Below, piece by piece: positions 29,620 through 38,618 of a DNA stretch of 64,000 bases. The DNA is from an uncultured Gemmatimonadales bacterium. GTDB taxonomy: Bacteria; Gemmatimonadota; Gemmatimonadetes; Gemmatimonadales; GWC2-71-9. A program made the position numbers and the translations under genes. Below the pieces are notes generated by a model. That model did no database searches. It was not told the DNA's origin and was given only the letters and a program-made list of their open reading frames with translations. Location of the stretch: positions 384,001-448,000 of the forward strand of contig CAVVKJ010000005.1 of the NCBI GenBank assembly GCA_963748815.1. Direction: 5' to 3'. Numbering within the stretch: position 1 is the stretch's first letter; each line of letters starts with the position of its first letter.

Positions 29620-30204
29620 ATGACGGGACCCTGGGATCGTGGCGACGGCGACCGGCGCGATTTCTTTCGCGGGCTGGTCGGCGATTGGATCGACGGCATC
29701 GTCAAGAAGACCGAGGAGACGGTGGTGCAGAAGCGCTACCACCGTCCGCCGGGCGCGCTGCCGGAAGTGGGATTTCTGACGGCCTGTACCCGCTGCGGCG
29801 ACTGTGGTTCCGTCTGCCCGCCGCACGCGATCCAGTTCGCGGCGCCCAGCGCCGGGCTGGCCGCCGGGACGCCGTTCTTCGATCCGCGCCTGCAGCCATG
29901 CATCGCCTGCCCCGACATGCCGTGCGCCGCGGCCTGTCCCACTGAGGCGCTCACGATCCCCGCCGCCGGCTGGGCCGGTGTCCACATGGGCCACCTGGAG
30001 CTGCTGCCTGAGCGCTGCATCACGTTCCAGGGATCCGAGTGCTCGGTCTGCGCCAAGGCCTGCCCTATCGGCCCGGAGGCGCTCGCCATCGATGACGCTG
30101 GGCACCCGGTGATCCGCGCCGAGGGGTGTGTGGGCTGCGGTGTGTGCGTGCGCGCCTGTGTGACGGCGCCATCGTCGTTCAAACTTCGACCCGTGGGGAC
30201 CTGA
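29620..30204 (+). CDS. NapG/MauM-type polyferredoxin
   Basis: RRDFF, RPPGAL and four Cys clusters (CTRCGDC..CP, CVGCGVC..C). Confidence 0.85.
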   Translation: MTGPWDRGDGDRRDFFRGLVGDWIDGIVKKTEETVVQKRYHRPPGALPEVGFLTACTRCGDCGSVCPPHAIQFAAPSAGLAAGTPFFDPRLQPCIACPDMPCAAACPTEALTIPAAGWAGVHMGHLELLPERCITFQGSECSVCAKACPIGPEALAIDDAGHPVIRAEGCVGCGVCVRACVTAPSSFKLRPVGT

Positions 30205-30558
30205 TGCCGGATGTGCCGTACCGAGTGGACAAGCCGTGGGGCTACGAGCTGATTTGGGCCCGCACCGACCGCTACGTGGGCAAGGTGCTGCACGTGAAGG
30301 CGGGCCACGTGCTGAGCCTGCAGTACCACAACAAGAAGGACGAGACGATGCACGTCCTCTCCGGCGAGCTCATTCTCCGCACCCGTCCCGGCGACGTGCT
30401 GGAAGACGCGCGCCTTCCGGGCCGGCGACTCGGTGCACATCCCCGCCGGCCTGGTGCACCAGATCGAGGCGGTGGTGGACAGCGACGTGCTCGAGGCGTC
30501 CACGCCGGAACTCGACGACCTGGTCCGCCTCTCGGACCGCTACGGGCGGAGCAGCTGA
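30204..30558 (+). CDS. cupin, mannose-6-P-isomerase type (frameshift near 30410)
   Basis: VDKPWGYE and LSLQYH..KDET, then HQIEA..EASTPELDDLVRLSDRYGR in another frame. Confidence 0.85.
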
Positions 30559-31536
30559 TGCAGGTCATCATCCCTCTGGCGGGGAAGGGAACGCGGTTGA
30601 GGCCCCATACCCACCTCGTCCCCAAGCCGATGCTGAAGGTGGCCGGGCGGCCGGTGATGGACTGGGTCATGGACCGGCTCGAGGGGCTCGACGGTGACGG
30701 AGCTGATCTTCATCACCGGCCACCTTAAGGAAGCGGTGGAGGCCTACTCGAAGGATCGGTACGGCATTCCCTGCCGGTACATCGAGCAGCAGGTCCAGGA
30801 CGGCACCGCGGGGGCCATCAACCTCGCGCGCCCCCACGTGACTGGTCCGGTGCTGATCATCTTCGTCGATACCGTCTTCGAGGCGGATCTCTCGCTCATC
30901 AACCGCACCGACGCCGACGGGATCATCTGGGCCAAGGAGGTCGAGGACTACCAGCGCTTCGGCGTGGTGGTGACCGACGCCGACGGTTTCATGACCCGGA
31001 TCGTTGAGAAGCCCTCCACGCCGATCTCGAAGCTGGCCAACATCGGGCTCTACTTCATCCGCGACGTGGCGTCGCTCTGGGCCGGCATCGACGACGTGCT
31101 GGCCGCGCCCGCCAACAAGGGGGAGTACTACCTGACCGACGCCTTCCAGCGGATGATCGAGAACGGCCGCCGCATCCTGGCCGCCGAGGTCGGCGGCTGG
31201 TACGACTGCGGGGCGCCGGGCACCCTGCTCGAGACCAACGGCATCCTGCTCGAGCAGGGCGCGGCGCGGCGCCGGGACTTTCCCGGCGTGGTCATCAGTG
31301 ACCCGGTCTACATCGAGGACGGCGTCACCATCGAGCGGAGCACCATCGGCCCCAACGTGTCGATCGAGGCGGGGACGCACATCACGGACAGCACCATCCG
31401 GAACACGATCATCGGCCGCGACGCCGTCATCGGCACCTCGTCCCTCGACGGTGCCCTCCTCGGCAACCGTGTGAAGGTGACCGGGCTCCGCGGGACCGCC
31501 AGTCTCGGCGACGACTGCGAGCTCAACGCGCGCTGA
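30558..31536 (+). CDS. sugar-phosphate nucleotidyltransferase (frameshift near 30690)
   Basis: LAGKGTRLRPHT..PKPML, EKP and GEYYLTDA motifs; left-handed beta-helix tail. Confidence 0.9.
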
Positions 31537-31588
31537 AACGGGCGCGCCGGCGCTTGACGCGCCCGCCCCGAAGCGAGAGACTACGACC

Positions 31589-32851
31589 ATGGAATCCAAG
31601 GACCTGATCTACGACTGGAACGCCCGGGACGCCGCCTTCGACTACACGCGGCGGCCGGTGGTGCTGAACGACGAGACCCTCCGCGACGGGCTGCAGAGCC
31701 CCTCCGTGATCGACCCGCCGATGGATGTGAAGATCCGTCTCCTGCATCTGATGGCCGATCTCGGCGTCCGGTCCGCGGACATCGGCCTGCCGGGCGCCGG
31801 CCCGCGCGCGGTGGCGCAGGTGCGGGCCCTCGCGAAGGAAATCGTCGAGCAGAAGCTTCCCATCGACATGAACTGCGCGGCTCGCACCGTCATTGCCGAC
31901 GTCGAGCCCATCGTGCGCGTGTCGGACGAGATCGGCGTCCCGATCGAGGCGGCCACCTTCATCGGCAGTTCCGCCATCCGGCAGTACACCGAGGACTGGA
32001 CCCTCGAGAAGATGGTGCGGGTGTCGGAAGAAGCGGTGACCTACGCCGTCCAGCACGGCCTCCCCGTCATGTATGTCACCGAAGACACGACCCGCGCCCG
32101 TCCCGAGACGCTGAAGGCGCTCTACGGCGTGGCGATTCGTTCAGGCGCCCGGCGCATCTGCCTGGCCGACACCGTGGGGTTTTCGACCCCGGCTGGCGTG
32201 CGGGCGCTGATCAAGTTCGTCCAGGAGGAGATCGTCATCCCCTCTGGCGAGGCGGTCAAGATCGACTGGCACGGGCATCGCGACCGGGGTCTCGGCATCG
32301 CCAACTGCCTCGCCGCCATCGAGGCGGGCGTCGACCGGGTGCACGGGACCGCCCTCGGCATCGGCGAGCGGGTCGGCAACGCCGAGATGGACCTCCTCAT
32401 CGTCAACCTCTATCTCCTCGGACTCCACACCGGCGATCTCTCCAAGCTGAGCGAATACTGCCGGCTGGCCTCGGAATCCACCGGCATCCCCGTGCCCGCG
32501 CAATACCCGGTCGTCGGGACGGACGCCTTCCGCACCGCCACCGGCGTCCACGCCGCCGCCATCATCAAGGCCCGCAAGAAGGGCGACGAGTGGCTGGCGG
32601 ACCGGGTGTACTCCTCCGTGCCGGCGGGCATCTTCGGCTTCCGGCAGCGGATCGAGATCTCGCCGGTGTCCGGCCTGTCCAACGTGAAGTGCTGGCTCGA
32701 GGAGCACGGCTACGATCCCGAGGACGCCCTCCTCTCCGACGCGCTGTTCGCGGCGGCCAAGCGCGCCGACCGCGTGCTCGATGACGCCGAATGCCAGCGA
32801 CTCATCGCGTCGGCCCGGGAGCGGAGCGTGGCTGATGCCATCCGTCACTGA
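31589..32851 (+). CDS. LeuA/homocitrate synthase family (DRE-TIM) enzyme without regulatory domain
   Basis: DETLRDGLQ, LADTVG, HGHRDRG and GIGERVGN motifs. Confidence 0.88.
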   Translation: MESKDLIYDWNARDAAFDYTRRPVVLNDETLRDGLQSPSVIDPPMDVKIRLLHLMADLGVRSADIGLPGAGPRAVAQVRALAKEIVEQKLPIDMNCAARTVIADVEPIVRVSDEIGVPIEAATFIGSSAIRQYTEDWTLEKMVRVSEEAVTYAVQHGLPVMYVTEDTTRARPETLKALYGVAIRSGARRICLADTVGFSTPAGVRALIKFVQEEIVIPSGEAVKIDWHGHRDRGLGIANCLAAIEAGVDRVHGTALGIGERVGNAEMDLLIVNLYLLGLHTGDLSKLSEYCRLASESTGIPVPAQYPVVGTDAFRTATGVHAAAIIKARKKGDEWLADRVYSSVPAGIFGFRQRIEISPVSGLSNVKCWLEEHGYDPEDALLSDALFAAAKRADRVLDDAECQRLIASARERSVADAIRH

Positions 32852-34424
32852 CCCGCTCGCACGCTCCTACCTCGATCTGCGCTGGAACTTCGACCCGGCG
32901 GCCGGGACCGCCGCCGGCGACGCCGGCTCCGACGCCCGCCTCGGCACCTTCGACGACGTGAGCGTCCGCCGGCAACTCGCCGCCTTCCGGGCCATGGCGG
33001 GAGCGGTCGAGGAGATGGAAATCGCGGGGCTGCAGGACGAGATCGACCGCACCGCACTCCTCGACGACATTCGCGTCTCCACCTTCCGCTTTCAGCACGA
33101 ACGCCCCCACGTCCACGACCCCGCCTTCTGGCTCTCCCATCTCTTCGGCGCCTACTACGGATTGATCGACCGGGCCGACGACGAGACGGAGCGCCGCGCG
33201 GCCGCGGCGCTCGCCCGGCTGCAGGCCACCCCGGAGTTTCTCTCGACCGCAGCGGCCACCCTGCGGAGTCCGCCGCCGGTCATGCTGGGCACCGCGCTGA
33301 CCATGATCGAGGGTGGCGCCGGCCTGCCGACGCTGCTGGCCGCCGAGTTCGGGCGTCGCGTACCCGCGATGCATGACACGCTCGCGGCGGCGGCCTACGA
33401 GGCCGCCGCCGCGCTGGCCCATTTCAAGACCACGCTCCGCACCGAGCTCCAGGCCAATCCGGCGGAGCTGTCCTTTGCCGTCGGCGAGGACGAATTCAAC
33501 CGGCGGCTCCATCACGAGCACGCGCTCCGGGCGACGGCTCCCGAACTCTGGCGCTACGGCCTGCGCCTGGTGGAGGACACCGCTGCCGAGATGCAGGCGG
33601 CAGCCCTGGCGCTCCGCCCGGGCGAACCGTGGGCGGAGACGGTGCGCCAGCTGCGCGCGGACGGACTGCACCTGTCGCTGCTCGAGGCCTACGCCGATGA
33701 AGTCGGTCGCGCGCGGGGCTTCGTGGCGGCGTCGGGCATGGTCGCCCTGCCGCCCTCAGAAATCCGGGTGGAGGCGACCCCGGCGTTCCTGCAGCATTTC
33801 CTGCCGGCGGTGTGGTGCGAGCCGCCCAGTCCGGCGGAACGGTCGCGTGGCGGGCGGCTCTTCGTGAGCGACGCGGACGACGGCGCGGCACACTCGCGGC
33901 ACGAAACCTGGGCGTGGGCCGCCGCCGAAGCCTGGCCGGGCCATTTCCTCCAGCGGGAAACCGCGGCGAGCCAGCCCTCGCTCGTGCGGCAGTACCTCTG
34001 GACGCCGCTGACGGTGCGCGGATGGGCGCTGTACGCCGAGGAACTGCTGGCGGCCGCGGGCTTCGCGAGCGGTCCCGAGGCGCAACTGATGGGTATCGTC
34101 CGGCGGCTTCGCGCGGCGGTTCGCGTCATCCTCGACGTCGGGTTGCACACCCGCGGCATGACGCCGACCGAAGGGGTCTCGTACGCGGTGGAGCACCTGG
34201 CGGTGGACCGCGAGGAGGCGATGGAAATGGTGCGCCGGGCCAGCGCGAGGCCGACCTACGCCCTCGCCGACGCGGTCGGGCGGCGGGAAATCCTGAAGCT
34301 GCGGGACAGCTGGCGCGCGCGCGTCGGACCCGACGCGCCGCTCCGGTCCTTTCACGACGCCCTCCTCTCCTATGGCGGGCTGCCGGTGTCACTCATTCGC
34401 TGGGGCATGGAACTCGACGACTGA
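32835..34424 (+). CDS. DUF885 family protein
   Basis: EAWPGHFLQ, GWALYAE, RVILDVGLH and FHDALL motifs. Confidence 0.85.
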   Translation: MPSVTDPLARSYLDLRWNFDPAAGTAAGDAGSDARLGTFDDVSVRRQLAAFRAMAGAVEEMEIAGLQDEIDRTALLDDIRVSTFRFQHERPHVHDPAFWLSHLFGAYYGLIDRADDETERRAAAALARLQATPEFLSTAAATLRSPPPVMLGTALTMIEGGAGLPTLLAAEFGRRVPAMHDTLAAAAYEAAAALAHFKTTLRTELQANPAELSFAVGEDEFNRRLHHEHALRATAPELWRYGLRLVEDTAAEMQAAALALRPGEPWAETVRQLRADGLHLSLLEAYADEVGRARGFVAASGMVALPPSEIRVEATPAFLQHFLPAVWCEPPSPAERSRGGRLFVSDADDGAAHSRHETWAWAAAEAWPGHFLQRETAASQPSLVRQYLWTPLTVRGWALYAEELLAAAGFASGPEAQLMGIVRRLRAAVRVILDVGLHTRGMTPTEGVSYAVEHLAVDREEAMEMVRRASARPTYALADAVGRREILKLRDSWRARVGPDAPLRSFHDALLSYGGLPVSLIRWGMELDD

Positions 34425-34442
34425 CCCGAACGAGGAGCGCGC

Positions 34443-35555
34443 GTGAGAATCACCGTCCTGACGTACGTCGAGGCCAGCGAACGCTCCACCGAATACGACG
34501 TGGTGGTGAACCAGGTGGCGCGGGCGCTGCGGCGCCAGGGCCACCAGGTGGCCATCCTCGGGGTCCACGCCGACGTAAAACGGGTCATCGCGGGCCTGCA
34601 GCGCCGCCGCCCCGACCTCGTCTTTAACATGGTGGAAATGTTCGCCGAGAACATCTTCGGCGACATCGCGATGGAAGGACTCCTCGACCTCCTCGGCCTC
34701 GAGTACACCGGCTGCGGTCCCGGCGAATCGTACCTCACCCAGGACAAGGCCCTCTCCAAGAAACTTCTCGCCTTCCACGGCATCCTTTATCCCCGGTTCG
34801 CCGTCTTTGCCCGCGACGCCGATTTCGAGACCGGCGGCAACCTCCGCATGCCGCTCTTCGTCAAGCCGCTCCGCACCGATGCCTCCATCGGCATCCATCG
34901 CAACTCCCTCGTGACCGACATGAAGACGCTGATGCGCCGCGTGGCGACGATCCACGACGACCTCAACGACTCCGCCCTGGCCGAGGAGTACATCGAGGGG
35001 CGGGAGTTCTACGTGGGCGTGCTGGGGAATCATGACCCGATCGCGCTGCCGCCCATCGAGCTGGATTTTTCGGGGCTCCCCGAAGGGGTGCCGCACGTGC
35101 TCGACAGCAAGGCGAAGTGGGACGAGAACAGCGCGGCCTACAAAGGGACCAAGTCGGTGCTCGCGGACCTGCCCGACGAGCTCCGCGCGAAGCTCCAGAA
35201 GGTCTCGGTCGACGCCTACCGGGCGCTCCGGGTCCGCGACTACGGTCGCGTCGACCTGCGGCTCACCGACACCGGCGACATCTATGTGCTGGAAGTGAAC
35301 GCGAGCTGCTACCTGGCCCGCGACAGCGAATTTGCCATGGCGGCGGGTGCGGCGGGGATTCCCTATCCCGCGCTGATCCAGCGGATTGTGGACCTGGCGA
35401 CCGACCGGTACCGGCGTGGGGCCGGGCTGCGGACGCGCACTGAAAGCCCCAAGAAGGCGCCGACCAACGGCAAGAAGAGCGGGGAAACGGGAAAGAAGCC
35501 GGCGGAGGAGGGGAAGAAGGGCGAGGAGAGTTCGAAGAAGGCCGCCGAAGACTAG
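34443..35555 (+). CDS. D-Ala-D-Ala-ligase-like ATP-grasp enzyme with K/E-rich tail
   Basis: QDKALSK, VKP..DASIGI, EEYIEGRE, YGRVDLR and LEVN motifs. Confidence 0.88.
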   Translation: MRITVLTYVEASERSTEYDVVVNQVARALRRQGHQVAILGVHADVKRVIAGLQRRRPDLVFNMVEMFAENIFGDIAMEGLLDLLGLEYTGCGPGESYLTQDKALSKKLLAFHGILYPRFAVFARDADFETGGNLRMPLFVKPLRTDASIGIHRNSLVTDMKTLMRRVATIHDDLNDSALAEEYIEGREFYVGVLGNHDPIALPPIELDFSGLPEGVPHVLDSKAKWDENSAAYKGTKSVLADLPDELRAKLQKVSVDAYRALRVRDYGRVDLRLTDTGDIYVLEVNASCYLARDSEFAMAAGAAGIPYPALIQRIVDLATDRYRRGAGLRTRTESPKKAPTNGKKSGETGKKPAEEGKKGEESSKKAAED

Positions 35556-36574
35556 CGGAGGTAGCCGCCCGAGTGGACGTAGTTCATGGCGAGCGACGTG
35601 ACGAGGGTCGTCAGGGCCACCGTGATGGCTGGCTCCTGCGACTCATGGTAGGACAGGTCGAGGCTCTGCGCCCTCGCCGCCAGATGATCGACGAGGACCC
35701 GGGTCCGATCGGGGAAATGCCCGGTCCATCGAAAGACGTTGCCGAGGAGCTCCGGCTCCAGGCGGCGGAGGAGCTGGGAGGCCGCCCTCGGCTGGAGCAA
35801 GGCCCCACGCTCGGGAAAGATGCTCTTCAGCATCATGTCGAGGTTGAGTCCGAGACGCGATTCCTGCGGCAACAGGTCGCGATAGAACTTGGCGAGGGAG
35901 TACTCGATTTCCCCGACATCCTCATCCAGTTCGTCGTCCACCACGACCGGTTCCCGGTCGAGCAGTAGCGCGAGCGTGCGCTCGCAGTACTCGAGCTTGG
36001 CCAGCGCCTCGGGCCTCGCGCCGTACTCGCCCCGCCAGTCCAGCCCCGGGGTGATGGAGACGGCAAAGGTCTCGGCCCAGTCCTCGTCCGGGTGCTTCTG
36101 GGCGTACCACCCCGGCAGGTGCCGGACGTGCTTCCGGCTGAAGGGAACGGGGCGATAGTCGTCCTCGTATGGCTCGCTCATCGAGCCGAACAGCTGCTCC
36201 CACTCCGGCTGGTCGTAGAGCCGGTAGGCGTAGTTCACCACATGGCCCATCTCGTGGCGCAGGTACCGGAGAATCTCCTCCCGGTCCTGTCCCTCCACGT
36301 GGCCGGCCCGTTCGGCATGCATCTCCTCGAGCTCTTCGTGGGCCAGGTAGAACGGAATGGCAATGGCCACCGTCTCGAACGGGACGCCCCACTCGGTGGA
36401 GAGGTAGAAGCGGGGGGATACCCGGCGCAGTCCCACGACCTCTAGCTCCTTGCGGAACTCCTCCACGACCGGCTCGAGCCGGGTCCCCTCGATGGTGAGC
36501 CCGAGGTCGCGAATGGGCATCGACCAGAGGGTCGATTCGCGGAAGGTGGTCGGGGGCGAGAGCGGGGCGGCCAT
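35552..36574 (-). CDS. putative zinc-binding metallopeptidase
   Basis: IAIPFYLAH, RHEMGH and YAQKHPDEDWAETFAV motifs. Confidence 0.85.
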   Translation of the reverse strand: MAAPLSPPTTFRESTLWSMPIRDLGLTIEGTRLEPVVEEFRKELEVVGLRRVSPRFYLSTEWGVPFETVAIAIPFYLAHEELEEMHAERAGHVEGQDREEILRYLRHEMGHVVNYAYRLYDQPEWEQLFGSMSEPYEDDYRPVPFSRKHVRHLPGWYAQKHPDEDWAETFAVSITPGLDWRGEYGARPEALAKLEYCERTLALLLDREPVVVDDELDEDVGEIEYSLAKFYRDLLPQESRLGLNLDMMLKSIFPERGALLQPRAASQLLRRLEPELLGNVFRWTGHFPDRTRVLVDHLAARAQSLDLSYHESQEPAITVALTTLVTSLAMNYVHSGGYLR

Positions 36575-36665
36575 GGGACAAAAATAGCCTCGCCCGGCAG
36601 GATGGGCAGGCGGCGGGCCACTTGAGGCGTACGCTTTTCCGTACATTTCTGAGATAAGTCATTTT

Positions 36666-37913
36666 ATGACAAATAGTTATGGAGCTGCTGAAGGCGGCCG
36701 ACAGCCTGCCCCGCAGCCCCACCGCCCCGCGGCCCCGCCGACGGCGCTGCCGCCGACCGTCAAAGGTCTCTCCCTCGTCTCGCTCTTCAACGACTTCGCG
36801 AGCGAGATGGTCTACCCCCTCCTCCCCGCCTTCATCACCTCGCTGGGCGGGGGACCTGCCCTCCTCGGGGCGCTCGACGGGGCCTCGGACCTCACCTCCG
36901 CCGTCCTCAAGTGGCTCAGTGGACGCTGGGCGGATCGGCCCGGCTGGCGGAAGCCCCTCATCCTGATCGGATACGGCACGGCCCTCTTCATTCGGCCGTT
37001 CATCGCCCTGGCCGGGGCGGCCTCCACCGTGCTCGGGTTCCGGGTCATCGACCGGGTGGGGAAGGGGCTGCGGACCCCGGCCCGCGATGCGATGATTGCC
37101 GACGCCACGCCCGCCCCGCTCCTCGGCCGGGCCTTCGGATTTCACCGCGGTGCCGATCACTTCGGCGCCGTGCTCGGATCGGTGGCCGCCTGGTTCCTGC
37201 TCAGCCGGGGGGTCGCGGTGCGCGACGTCATCGCCTGGACCTGGCTACCCGGTCTGGTCGTGATGCTGATCCTCTTCCGGGTGTTGCGAGATGCGCCGTC
37301 GGTCAAGCCGCGCGATCCTGTCGCGTCGACACCGGTCGACGCCACCGGGCGCGTCTTCTGGGGCCCGGTGCTGATGCTGGCGGCACTCACCCTCTTCCGG
37401 GTGCCGGAGGCGCTGCTTCTGTTCCGGCTCCAGGGACTCGGCGTTCCGGTGGCGACCATCCCGCTGGTCTGGGCCGGCCTCCACGTGGTGCGCAGTGCGG
37501 CGGCGTATCCTGGTGGATGGATGAGCGACACCCTCGGCACGCGGGGGACGGTGGCGGTGGGGGGGCTTGTCTTCGCGGCGGTGATGTACCTGATGGGCGG
37601 AGAGCTTACCGAGCTGGCCGGCGTGGCGGCGTTCCTGGCCCTCGGCATCGCGGGCGGGCTCCTGGAACCGGCGGAGCGATCACTCGTGGCCCAGCTGGCA
37701 CCGGTCCGCACCGGGCGCGGCTTTGGGGCCTACCACGGCGTGACCGGACTGGCGGCGCTTCCTGCCGGGCTGCTCTTCGGCCTGGTCTACCAGGGCGCCG
37801 GGGCGGGCGTCGCGCTTCGGGCGTCGGCGGCGTTGATGGCGGTCACGTCGCTGGGGTGGCTGGTCCTTCGTGCCCCCGGTCGGCGCCCTCCACCACCCCT
37901 CCCGACACGATGA
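36666..37913 (+). CDS. MFS transporter (start uncertain)
   Basis: SLFNDFASEM, GRWADR and DRVGKGLRTPARDA motifs; 12 TM pattern. Confidence 0.88.
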   Translation: MTNSYGAAEGGRQPAPQPHRPAAPPTALPPTVKGLSLVSLFNDFASEMVYPLLPAFITSLGGGPALLGALDGASDLTSAVLKWLSGRWADRPGWRKPLILIGYGTALFIRPFIALAGAASTVLGFRVIDRVGKGLRTPARDAMIADATPAPLLGRAFGFHRGADHFGAVLGSVAAWFLLSRGVAVRDVIAWTWLPGLVVMLILFRVLRDAPSVKPRDPVASTPVDATGRVFWGPVLMLAALTLFRVPEALLLFRLQGLGVPVATIPLVWAGLHVVRSAAAYPGGWMSDTLGTRGTVAVGGLVFAAVMYLMGGELTELAGVAAFLALGIAGGLLEPAERSLVAQLAPVRTGRGFGAYHGVTGLAALPAGLLFGLVYQGAGAGVALRASAALMAVTSLGWLVLRAPGRRPPPPLPTR

Positions 37914-38424
37914 AGGCCATCACGTCGCTGCTGTTGGCGGCGATCGGCGTCACCTGGTCCCGCGGAAAGAGCAGGACCTGCCCGGCAAAGTTGTAGGACT
38001 GCGGCAGGTAGACCGCGACCAGATCCGACAGGCCCAGGGAATCGAGCGACTCCCGCGTCAGAAATCCGAGGGCGCGGGCATTCCCGCCGGGGATGAGCTG
38101 CACTACCACGGGGCGGTCGAAGCGCTTCTTCTCCCCGACGAACGCCCCCAGGACTTCCTTCAGCGAATTGTAGAGGAACCGGACGAGCGGCACCCGCTCC
38201 ATCGCCTGTTCGACGAGCCCGAAGAGGGAACTCCAGAGGTAGGTGGTGGCCAGCCATCCGACCAGCGTGATCAGCACGATGGTCACCACGAATCCGACCC
38301 CGTCCCACGGCAAGCCGAGCCAGCTGTCCACCGCGCGGAAGATGCTCCAGCAGACGTAGAGCGTCAGGGCGATCGGCGTGGAGAGCAGCAGCCCGTTCAC
38401 GAAGTATCGGACCATGCGGTTCAT
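37843..38424 (-). CDS. DUF502 membrane protein
   Basis: YFVNGLL..PIALT and VYLPQSYNFAG motifs. Confidence 0.85.
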   Translation of the reverse strand: MNRMVRYFVNGLLLSTPIALTLYVCWSIFRAVDSWLGLPWDGVGFVVTIVLITLVGWLATTYLWSSLFGLVEQAMERVPLVRFLYNSLKEVLGAFVGEKKRFDRPVVVQLIPGGNARALGFLTRESLDSLGLSDLVAVYLPQSYNFAGQVLLFPRDQVTPIAANSSDVMAFIVSGGVVEGADRGHEGPATPAT

Positions 38425-38618
38425 CAGCAGCACCTTGTCGGGGAATCGCCGTAGCGGGCGGTGACGTACGCCGCATAGTACTCCCGTTCGCTGGGCACCG
38501 CTTCCCCGGGGTGGAAACGGCACCGGTGCTCGAGGTAGGCGGCATAGTCCGGCATTCCTGCGATGCGCCGGACCACGCGCAGCCCCTGCCGGAGGCACGC
38601 CCCGAATTCAGCTCGCAT
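38424..38618 (-). CDS. YbdD/YjiX family small protein
   Basis: GMPDY..Y..H..HP and C-terminal RCC; follows cstA. Confidence 0.9.
   Translation of the reverse strand: MRAEFGACLRQGLRVVRRIAGMPDYAAYLEHRCRFHPGEAVPSEREYYAAYVTARYGDSPTRCC

Noticed and set aside
38424..38440. Selenocysteine readthrough in the YbdD/YjiX protein
   Set aside because: Both terminal Cys are ordinary codons and the TGA is a TGATG coupling junction.
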